A stretch of 64,000 bases of DNA from contig NW_027361788.1 of assembly GCF_039654945.1 (NCBI RefSeq), positions 33,046,001 through 33,110,000 of the forward strand, written 5' to 3'. This DNA comes from Dendrobates tinctorius (Eukaryota). The translations under genes were made by a program, and so were the position numbers. The notes under the pieces are model-generated. The model did no database searches. It saw only the letters and a program-made list of their open reading frames with translations, and was not told the origin of the DNA. Shown here in pieces: positions 53,643 to 64,000 of the stretch; the first letter of the stretch is position 1; each line of letters begins with the position of its first letter.

Positions 53643-56600
53643 GGAGGACGTGTCAGAGGCGGGGAGCAGAGAGGAGGGAGGTCTGTGCAGGGGGCGTCCA
53701 TAGAGACCTCAGCCCCTGTGTGATAGCAGAGCCTGGAGACATTTCCTCCTGCAAGCCATCTCCCTATCTGATTCCGATCACCGCCATCCCCAGCTTTCCT
53801 ACAGCTCTGCATGGCCAATGTGGGTGCAGACCGCATAGAATAGGGGAAGGCTGGACCCCAAGGTTAATAAACATTGCAATATTTCATCACCTAGGATCAA
53901 TTTTTCGGTCATACAGTTGTATTGGGGCTTGTTTTTTTCTTGTGGTACGAGCTGTAGTTTTATCATGACCTTTTTGGGGTCAGTGTTACTTTCTGTTCAT
54001 ATATTTTTTAAAAACTAATAGTTAACATTTTTAGTTATTTATTTTTAGATTGTATTTACTTTTATGTTTGTGTTTCTATCTATATAATATATATATATTT
54101 TTTAAATATTTAATAGCGTTTTATATATTTCTTTTAACTTGCAGTGCAATGTATTTCTATAATTGCCCCAGGTTGCATAGGTGTCGAAGCATGGCCGACA
54201 GCGGCCTTCAGTGTCCCCCATGACAATGCCATCAGCCCCCACAATCATGTTGTTAAAGGTGTTACAAAAAAAACCTTCCCCCAATCCCAACCTCTCAGGC
54301 TAAATTCCTACGATGAGGATTTGGTAGCTGAGTGTTTTTGCTCTGCAAAAAAAAAATTGCAACATCTTACCGTTCCTACAAAGTAGATGGGATTTATAGA
54401 AATCTTTTTTTTCACCTGCGGTGCGTTTTTTTTTTATATCCGCAACATGTCAGTTTTTCTTGTGGTAAAGGTGTTTTTGTTTTTGTATTTTTGCGGATTT
54501 TTCCCTATAGACTTGAATGAGATCATGAAGTTCCGCAGGTAAAAAAACGCATGGTATTGTTAATTTACACATGACTGTCAATAAAGTTTTGTCAAATACC
54601 AGGAAGTTTTAAAAACAGTTCTATTTAAAACATGACATATCAAAAAGAGACAAAAAAAAAATGCAGCTTAAAAAAGTGATAAAAACGTATATATTTAAAA
54701 AAAAAAAAAAAAAAACGTAATTCATTCATTCAGGGCAGGTGCCAGCTGTGGTATATACAGTATATATCCAGCTGTAGTGCACAGACCTATCGGAGGCCAG
54801 GGGCTACATCCGGAGATGTAGTTTCCTTTCATTTCCCTCAAGTCAATGACTTAAAAAGCGCAACATTTCCTCAACAAATCAGCACTGGATCTAGGGCAGC
54901 CCCTTTCATACGCACCCGATCAGTTAATGTATGGCGTCTATGTGGCCCTAATAGGCCATAAGGGCTGGTGTTGTCTTTAGTAAATCCAGTAGCAAAATTC
55001 TGAAGTTTCGCCATATCCAGTTTAGGCAAATTTGCCGCTCAGATGCCAGGGGGAGTTTGGCGACCCATTTCCAGGGGTGTCTCTACTGGCACTATCTACT
55101 GAAACCAACTCCAGATGCCTGAAGCGCTCTCTGGGTGTGACCTGCTGTTGATTAATCCTGCGTGCCCCATTTACATTGCACCAGCAGTACCAGACACAGC
55201 CACAGCAGTAGGTATGGCGCTGTGCCTGGTAAACTAGAGGTAATAAAAGTCAAGGGTCAGTCACCCTCCACCATACAGGCCTCAAATAAGTAGCATTTAT
55301 CAATCTGCATGTGGCAATGGATTCTTATTTTTTTTTGTTTGTTTCAGAATGAAGATAATGTCACGATCTTCAAGGTGCAAATAGATCACACATCATATCA
55401 GAAATGGCAGGAATGAAACCTGGTAAGATTACCCAAATTTGAGCAGTTTAGCATCTGCAATTTACACTTTTTTTTGAATGCTCTTCCAACCCCCAGATCT
55501 CATGGACCCAACTATATAGAGGTATATTGATCGCCAGTGTAGGGGTGCACCATGTGGCATCCAAATTCAATTAGGTCCAAAAATATTTGCAGTAACACAC
55601 GTTTTGGCATTTTAGTGGTTTACCAAAACATTCAAGATGGTTATATAATCAATATTGACTTCAAGTGCAGACTCTCAGTTTTAATTTGAGGGTATTCACA
55701 TCCTAATTGGAGTAAGGGTTTAGGAATTACAGGTCTTTAATATGTAGCTGCCTCTTTTTAAAGGGACCAAAAGTAATTGGACAATTATCTCAAAAGCTCT
55801 TTAATGGGCTTTTCCCTCATTAATCCATCATTAGTTAAGCAGGTAAAAGGTCTGGAGCTGATTCCAGGTGTGGCATTTGCATTTGGACACTGTTGCTGTG
55901 AATCCATAACATGCTGTCAAAGGAGCTCACATTGGCAAGAAAAATAGACCATCATTAGCCTGAAAAAAAGGAAAAATCCATCAGAGGGAGCAGAAATGTT
56001 AGGAGTGGCCAAATCAACATTTTGGTACATTGTGCAAAAAAGAGCGCCTTGGTGAGCTTGGAAACTCAAAAAAGCCTGGTTGTCCACGTAAAACAACAGT
56101 GGGGGATAATTGCAGTATCCTTTCCTTGTTGAAGAAAAGCCCCTTCATAACATCCACGCAATTGAAGAACACTCTCCATGAAGTTGATGTTTTAGAATCT
56201 AAGTCTACCATGTAGCACAGCCAGGTATACAGGCTCTGATTAGTTGGCTAGCAATCAGAATCTTTCTGAGAAGAGACTGCACAGGCTGTGTGCATTAAAC
56301 TGCTAGTATCACTGATTGCTATGGACAACGGCCATTTTGTGTGACCGAACTGGGACTTTCTCAGCCGTGTGTGAGTAGCCAGGGTCTGTTTTGTGTAGAT
56401 AGGCGCATGGACAGTGATCCTAGCTCCGTACACCTTAGTGGGGAACCGCAGAAATCATACTACGACCTTGCCCAGCAGGATACTAATCGAAAACCCAAAC
56501 CATGGAAAGCCAAGAGATATCCAGACAAGGAATATATAATAAAAAGATACATTCAATACAATGAAAAAAAATTACAAACAAGTGGCACAATATAAAATGT

Positions 56601-57079
56601 GCACGTACCAAGATACATAAATGGTTTGGCCTAAAAGAGAAGATATAAAAGAGAATATTTTGTATATATAAAAACCAATATTACAAATGGCAGGTTAAAG
56701 GTATTAGTGACATAATTATATACAATATAATTAGAATCAAAATAAATAAATTACTCCAAAATTCATCAAAAGGTACCAATGAAGGAATTTAATTATTCCA
56801 ATGTGTAATAAAATCAAATAGGAGGCTCACATGGAAGCAAAAAAATAAATAAATAAGGTGCACAAATTTCAAAATATTAGTGACCTAAAAAAATGTATAA
56901 ATAATCAAATGCAAAATAAAATTCAGGGGCCACACTTAGGGGTAGAGACTAAAGTGCACGTGTCAGTGTAAACAAGGTACTTCAGTAGTATATTGGAAGT
57001 GCATAGTGCTAAAGTGCCATAGGATAAAAGTAAGGGGAGGATATACCTTTAAGAGTTGCCAGGTCTTGATACCACGCAA

Positions 57080-57119
57080 CCCGACGCGCGTTTCGGAAGC
57101 AAGCTCCTTCATTAGGGGG
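57080..57119 (-). ncRNA. Minimal type-I hammerhead ribozyme motif at the end of an A-rich Penelope-like tract (~56425-57120)
   Basis: Minus strand: CCCC CTAATGA A GGAGCTTGCTTCC GAAAC GCGC GTC GGG; one core change (CUGAUGA to CUAAUGA). Confidence 0.6.
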
Positions 57120-57469
57120 GTGGTGTTTTTGTAAAATCATTGATGGAGATTATCATTATGGCACGTAACCCTGATCATCAGGGCACATTGGGTGCACCTC
57201 TAGTCTACCACAGGGAAAAGCCTCCCTGGTCTCAGATGTTTGACCTGTTACAGCTGTTGAAGAAATGGCTGCAGCCTGTAATCTGCTCTCCAGCCCAGAT
57301 GGTGGAAAGAGTGGTAGTGAACTGTTTTTTCCACTCACTACCTATATCCGTGCAAAGCTGGGTTGCCCAAGAAAATCCCCAGAATGCAGATGGCCTTGTG
57401 AGCCTCTTGGAAAGATATTTGGCTAGAGAGAACTCATTGCGCAACCAAGGGAGCCTAAAGTCATCTTTC

Positions 57470-60400
57470 TGAGATAAAAACAATTTCCTGAATTGCTGGT
57501 TTTTATTCATTCTGCCTCCACAAAAATCGGAGTAGAAAGCAATCAAAATATGTCATGCTCGAAAATGGTACCAATAAAAACGTCAGCTTGTCCTGCAAAA
57601 AACAAGCCCTCACATGACTCTGTGGGCCGAAATAGGGAAAAATTTATACCTCTCAAAATATGGTGATGCAAAAACTTCTAGCAGAAAAAAGCGTCTTTTA
57701 GTGTGTGAGAGATGCTAAACATAAAAAAAGGATATAAATCTGGTATAACTCTAATCGCACTGACCCGAAGAATAAAGTCGTCTAATCAATTATACCACAC
57801 GAGGAACGGCGTAAAAAATAAAACCAATTCTTCACCTGCTGTGGATTTTTTCACTCTGCCTACCAAAGATCGTAGTAAGGCTTGGCGCTCATTTATCCTG
57901 CACTCTATGCTGAGCACTTGCATCGGGGCTTCCATGTAAATCTCTGAAATACGAGGTTCAGACAGAACTGTCGGCGGAAGATTCCCTATAATGAGGCAGA
58001 TGGAGGCACTGTGAAAGCCATAGGACCTGTGATCCGGTGGTGTCTGTCTTTTTCGACGTGCATAAAAATGCAGTCCACCATAGTTTTGTGCACCTCTGAA
58101 AGGAAGAACAATGCTGAACAGAGGCCTGACAGAGTCCAGAGTAACTCTGCTGCCTCATTATAGTGAATGCATCCCTCAGGGGTTTCAACTGTCACGTAGT
58201 TCGGAGATTTAGATGGAAACCCCAAAGTAAGTGCCCCGCATAGAGCACTGGATAAATGTGATCACAAACGTTATAAAAAATGTTCCCAATAAAAACTTCA
58301 ACTCAATCCACAAAAAAGTCCCCACTCAGGTCTGTCATCTGTTAACAAAAATATAGGGGGCTTCCACGATATTGGTAACACAAAGGCTCTGGAAAAGCCA
58401 AAAGAGATTCAGCAAATTCTGCGCTCCCAAATCCAAATGTCCCCCTGGCTTCTGCGCTCCAGTGTGCATAAACCACCTTTAGCATTCACATTTGGCAGGG
58501 GTAGAATTTCCAAAATGGGGTTACTTGGGGGGAAGGGGGAGTCCGCAAACTATTCTAGGAAAATCTGCTCTCCAGGAGGCAAATAGCGATCCATCCCTAC
58601 CGAGACTCTCCGTATGGCTAAGCAGTACTGTATAGCCACATATGGTGAATTTCTATATTCAGTAGAAATTGTGGGACACATTCTGCTGCCAATTTTATTC
58701 ACTTCTTGTGTGAAAAATGTTAAATCTGGGGCTAAAACAAAATTTTAGTGGTAAAAATGTAATTATTTTTTCTTCACTGCCCAATGGTATAAAATTCTGT
58801 AACACACCCTTGGTATCAATATGATTATTACACCCCTAGATTAATTAATTGAGAGGTATAGTTTGTAAAATGGGGTCACGTATGGGGCATTCTACTGTTC
58901 TGGCACCTCAGGGGCTCTCCCAGTGGATCATGGCACCTTCAAACCACAATAGTATAATCTGCACTATTATGGCGCTACTTCCCTTTTGAGCTTTGCACTG
59001 TGCCTCAAAAGTAGTTTTCACCACACATGGGATATTGGCACACTCAAAAGAAATTGCACAACAAATTCTGGGGTCCATTTTCTCCAGTTACCATTGAGAA
59101 AATTAAAATTTTGAGGCTGAAACAAAACTTGTGGGAAATTTTTTTTTTTTACGTTTCTTAGCTCTGTTATAAACTTCTTTGAAGCACCTGGTGGTTCAAG
59201 ATGCTCACCACACATCTAGATAAGTTCCTTCAGGGGTCTAGTTTCCAAAATGGTGTCACTTAAGGCTGTTTCCACTGTTTAAGCACATCAGGAACTCTCC
59301 AAATGCGACATAGAGTCCAATCTCAATTCAAGCCAATTTTGCGTTGAAAAAGTCAAACAGTGCTCCTTTCCTTCTGAGCTCTGCCATGAGTCCAAACATT
59401 GGTCTACCCCCATATATGGGGTATCAACTTTTGGGGTCCAATTTCCCGTTACCCTTGGGAAAAAAAAAATGGAGGCAAAAAGATCATTTTTGTGGAAAAA
59501 ATATAATTTTTATATTTTCACAGCTCTACGTTATAAACTTCTGTGAAGCACATGGGGATTCAAAGTGCTCACCACACATCTAGATAAGTTCCTTGGGGGG
59601 TCTAGTTTCCAAAATGGGGACATTTATAGGTGGTTTCCACTGTTTAAAGTACATCAGGAAGTCTCCAAATGCGACATGGCGTCCAATTTCAATTCCAGCC
59701 AATTTTGTGTTGATAAGTCAAATGGCGCTCCTTCCTTTCCGAGCCCTGCCATGCGCTCAAACAGTTATTTACCCCCACATTTGGGGTATCAGCATACTCA
59801 GGACAAATTGCACAACAACTTTTGGGGTCCAATTTCTCCTGTTTCCCTTTGGAAAATAAAAAATTGAGGGCAAAAAGATTATTTTTGTGGAAAAAAATAT
59901 GATTTTTGTTATTTTCACGGCTCTACGTTATTAACTTCTGTGAAGCATTTGGGGTTCAAAGTGCTAAACACACATCTAGATAAGTTCCTTGGGGGAATAG
60001 TTTCCAAAATGGGGTGACTTGTGGGGATCTTCCACTCTTTAGGTCAGTACATCAGGGGCTCTCCAAACGTGACATGGTGTCCGCTCTCGATTCCAGCCAA
60101 TTTTACATTCAAAACCTCAAATAGTGGTCCTTCCCTTCTGAGCCCTGCTGTGCACCTAAAGAGTGGTCTTCCTCCACACATGGGGTATAGGTGTACTCAT
60201 AAGAAATTGCACAACAAATATTGTGGTTCATTTTCTCCTGATACCCTTGACAAAATAAGAAAAATTGTGTACGAAGTAAAATTTTTGTGAAAAAAAGTTA
60301 AATGTTAATTTTTTTCCTTCCACATTGCTTCAATTCTTGTGAAGCGCCTAAAGGGTTATTAAACTTTTTGAATGTGGTTTTGAACAACTTGAGGGGTGCA

Positions 60401-60913
60401 GTTTTTAGCATAGTGTCAATTTTGGGTATGTTCTGTCATATAGGCTCCTACAGTGACTTCAAATGTGAGGTGATCCCTAAAAAATAGTTTTGTAAATTTT
60501 GTTGCAAAAATGAGAAATTGCTGGTCAATTTTTAACCCCTATAACTTCCTAACAAAAAAGTATGTTTCAAAAATTGTGCTGATGTAAAGCAGACGTGGGA
60601 AATATTATTTATTAACTATTTTGTGTGACATAATGCTCTGATTTAGGGGCATAAAAATTAAAAGTTTGAAAATTGTGAAATTTTCACATTTTTTTTTGCC
60701 AAATTTACATTTTTTTTCACAAATAAACACAAGAAATTTTGAAGAAATTTTACCACTATCATAAAGTACAATATGTAATGAAAAAGCTGTCTCAGAATCA
60801 GCGGGGATTCGTTGAAGCGTTTCAGAGTTATAACCTCATAAAGTGATAGTGGTCAGATTTCAAAATTAAGGCCTGGTCATTAACCTACAAAGTGGCTTGG
60901 TCCTTTAAGGGGT
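57470..60913. mobile_element. Large non-autonomous DNA element with internal ~360-400 bp tandem repeats (same family as 62082-64000)
   Basis: Repeated CACCACACATCTAGATAAGTTCC...TTTCCAAAATGGGG units at ~58850-60250; ends ...TTTAAGGGG. Confidence 0.6.
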
Positions 60914-62081
60914 AAAAGCCATGTAGGCTCTGTGTGTGCTCAGATGGTGCCCAGTCCCTGGCTTTGGGCAGAATGGTGGAACTATAGCAATGCCAGGTAG
61001 GCTAGGGTTAAATCTATCCCTACAGGCTCTGATTAGTTGCACCTAGCTAGCCCTGCTTATACCCAGGCTAGGTGTTCACCTTAGTCAGTCAGCTGGGGAA
61101 GCTGAGCAGAGTGGATTGGGTTGGACTGGAGAGTGACAAGCCAGAATCTCTCTGAGAAGAGACTTCACAGGCCGTGTGCACCAAACTGCAAGAGTCACTG
61201 GTTGCTATGGACAAGAGCGGCTTAGTTTGACTGAACTGGGTTCTAGCTCAGCCTTGTGTGAGTAGCCAGGGTCTATATTGTTTAGTTAGCGCCTGGAAAA
61301 GGATAGGGATTTTGTGTTTATGGTTTTGTTTTTTGGAGCTAAGCGTCTCATTGTTTTGACAGAAGAATCTAGTGCCTGTGTGAATGCTACCTAATGCCTA
61401 AATGTAAGCATGAATGCCTACAGCCATAAAGAGAAGACTTCATGAGATCAAATACAGCCTTAAAAATGGAAAGGTCAGATTAGACTTTGTCAGAAAAAAA
61501 TCTAAAGAACTTGCAATGTTCTGAAAAAGCAAAACTAAGATCAACCAGTACCAGAATGATGGGAAGAAGAAAGTATGGAGGAGGCTTGGAACTGCTCCTG
61601 ATCCAAATCACAGCACATGCTCTAACACATGGTGGAGACGGTGTGATGGGGCGGGCATACATGGCTTCCAATGGCACCGGGTCAATGGTGTTTATTAATG
61701 ATGTGACTGGAGACAGAAGCAGCAGGATTAATCCTGTGTATACAGGGCGATCAATCACCAGATCTCTCCCCTCAAGCTGCATTTCACATGCTTAAGACAA
61801 AACGTAAGGCAGAAAGACCCACAAACAGAAACAACTGCAGTCATTGCAGTAAAGGTGGCAAAGAAAGAAGGAGACCCAGTGTTTGGTGACGTCCACGGTC
61901 CCAGACTTAAGGCCGTCATTGCCTGCAAAGGATTCTCTACAAGGTATTAAAAATGAACAATTTCTTTATGGGAAAGTTAATTTGTCCAGTTACTTTTGAG
62001 CCCCTGAAATGAGGAGGCTTTGTATGAAAATGGCTGCAATTCATAAACGTGTCATGAGATATTTTTATTCAACCTGTTTAA

Positions 62082-64000
62082 CCCCTTAACGACCGCCGAT
62101 ACGCCTTTTAACGGCGGTAATTAAGGGTACTTAAACCACAGCGCCGTTAATTCACGGCGCTGTGATTTAAGTGAATAGCTCCCCCAGTGTCGGATTTTCT
62201 CCGGGGTCTCGGCTGCCAGGGGTAGCCGAGACCCCAGAGAACATGAATCGGTCGGTTTTCACCGACCCCCGCTTTTGCGATCGCCGTTATTAACCCTATA
62301 ACGGTGACCGCAAAAAAAAAAAAAAGCCGCGATTTTACATTTAATTTCTCTTTCCTCTGATGTGATCGCACATCAGAGGATAGAGAAATAGGGTCCCCGA
62401 TCCCACCGGTCCCCTCCCGGTACCTCTCCCTTGTCCTCTGTCCCCTCCCGGTGGTCCCGCGCCCGCCGGCGTCATCCGATGGGCGCCGCCATCTTGAAAA
62501 TGGCGGGCGCATGCGCAGTGCGCCCGCCGGGAATCTGCTGGCTCCGGCTGGCAGATTCCATTCATTATTTTGATCACTATGATAAACGATCATAGTGATC
62601 AAAATAATAAAAATAGTACATAACCCCCCCGTTTATCATCCCCTTATATAGGCACACATAATGAAATAAAAAAAATATTTTTTTTTTCAGTTTTCCATAA
62701 GGGTTAGGGTTAGGTTAGGGTTAGGCTAGGGTTAGGCTAGGGTTAGGGTTAGGCTAGGGTTAGGGTTAGGCTAGGGTTAGGGTTAGGCTAGGGTTAGGGT
62801 TAGGCTAGGGTTAGGCTAGGGCTAGGGTTAGGCTAGGGTTAGGGCTAGGCTAGGGTTAGGGCTAGGGTTAAGGGTTAGGGTAGGGTTAGGGTTGGGCTAG
62901 GGTTAAGGGTTAGGGTTGGGCTAGGGTTGGGCTAGGGTTAGGGCGAACTAGGATTAGGGTTAGGATTAGGATTAGGGTTGGGATTAGGGTTAGGGGTGTG
63001 TTGGGGTTAGGGTTGGAGCAAGAATTGAGGGGTTTCCACTATTTACCAACTTTGGGGGTCTAAAAATTGGGGTCTAAAAAATCACTTTTGTGGAAATAAA
63101 AAAGACTTTTTATTTTCACGGCTCTGCGTTTATAAACTTCTGTGACGCGCTTGGGGCTTAAAAATGCTCACCACACATCTAGATAAGTTCCTTAGGGGGT
63201 CTAATTTCCAAAATGGGGTCACTTGTGGGGGGTTTCCACTGTTTAGGCCCATCAGGGGCTCTGCAAACGCAACATGATGCCCGCAGACCATTCCATCAAA
63301 GTCTGCATTCCAAAATGGCACTCCTTCCCTTCCGAGCTCTCCCATGCGCCCAAACAGTGGTTCCCCCCCACATATGGGGTATCAGTGTACTCAGGACAAA
63401 TCGCATAATAACTGTGGGGGTATGATTTCTCCTGTTACCCTTGTAAAAATAAAAATTTGGGCGCGAAAAGATCATTTTTGTGGAAAAAAAATGGATTTCT
63501 TATTTTCACGGCTCTACGTTATAAACTTCTGTGAAGCACTTGAAGGTTCAAAGTGCTCACCACACATCTAGATAAGTTCCTTCATGGGTCTAGTTTCCAA
63601 AATGGAGTCACTTGTTGGGGGTTTCCACTGTTTAGGCCCATCAGGGGCTCTGCAAACGCAACATGATGCCCGCAGACCATTCCATCAAAGTCTGCATTCC
63701 AAAATGGCACTCCTTCCCTTCTGAGCTCTCCCATGCGCCCAAACAGTGGTTCCTCCCCACATATGGGGTATCAGCGTACTCAGGACAAATCGCATAATAA
63801 CTGTGGGGGTATGATTTCTCCTGTTACCCTTGTAAAAATAAAAATTTGGGGGTGAAAAGATCATTTTTGTGGAAAAAAAAATGGATTTCTTATTTTCACG
63901 GCTCTACGTTATAAACTTCTGTGAAGCACTTGAAGGTTCAAAGTGCTCACCACACATCTAGATAAGTTCCTTCATGGGTCTAGTTTCCAAAATGGGGTCA
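62082..64000. mobile_element. TTAA-target (piggyBac-like) element running off the window, containing telomere-like repeats and a 390-bp tandem repeat
   Basis: TTAA|CCCCTTAACGACC start; repeat units start at 63121, 63511 and 63901. Confidence 0.75.
62699..63012 (+). repeat. Degenerate interstitial telomere-like array (TTAGGG/TTAGG/CTAGGG)
   Basis: Direct reading. Confidence 0.9.

Larger units (their letters stand above)
56211..61422 (+). mobile_element. Degenerate Gypsy LTR element with a SCAN-like capsid (Gmr1-like), itself interrupted
   Basis: TG at 56211 and CA at 61422, 4-bp TSD ACCA/GCCA; 56227-56410 is homologous to LTR 60922-61422 (TGTAGGC...GCCTACA). ORF 57140-57472 LLKKWLQP...QMVERVVVNCFFHSLP..VQSWV is SCAN-like. 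Confidence 0.7.
55570..62070 (+). mobile_element. Old degenerate Tc1 element split by a Gypsy insertion (pieces ~55570-56210 and ~61427-62070)
   Basis: The transposase remnant KPGCPRKTT...ESKST continues as IKRRLH after the insertion; HGGDGVM further on. Confidence 0.7.

Noticed and set aside
62699-63012. True telomere or chromosome end
   Set aside because: Short, degenerate and embedded in transposon sequence on both sides.

Overview
Vertebrate genomic DNA, most likely a frog (inferred from the repeat landscape), with roughly half or more of the window made of transposable elements. There are two intact spliced genes: CFAP157 (+, 9 coding exons, 15891-32340, 522 aa) and CERCAM (-, 12 coding exons, 53642-47494, 586 aa, ending RDEL). 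PTRH1 (-, tail-to-tail with CFAP157) is disabled by an in-frame TGA plus an (AGAC)n frameshift in exon 2. The main structure is a ~44 kb block bounded by long inverted arms (1190-~13495 vs ~41170-44914), each ending inward in the same ~40-bp CRE-containing minisatellite. Just inside each minisatellite sits an orphan unprocessed fragment of an unrelated gene: ARPC2 on the left and MRS2 exons on the right. The left arm carries a nested stack: BEL/Pao > self-priming Tf1/Sushi Gypsy > Harbinger-like MITE in the LTR TATA box. The right arm keeps the empty site. Other elements include two near-identical inverted Tc1 copies (one with an open 339-aa transposase), a Helitron, CR1 with a nested L1, a SCAN-bearing Gypsy remnant, two Penelope-type minimal hammerhead motifs, TTAA-target elements and an interstitial telomere-like array. 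Divergence figures are approximate by-eye counts.
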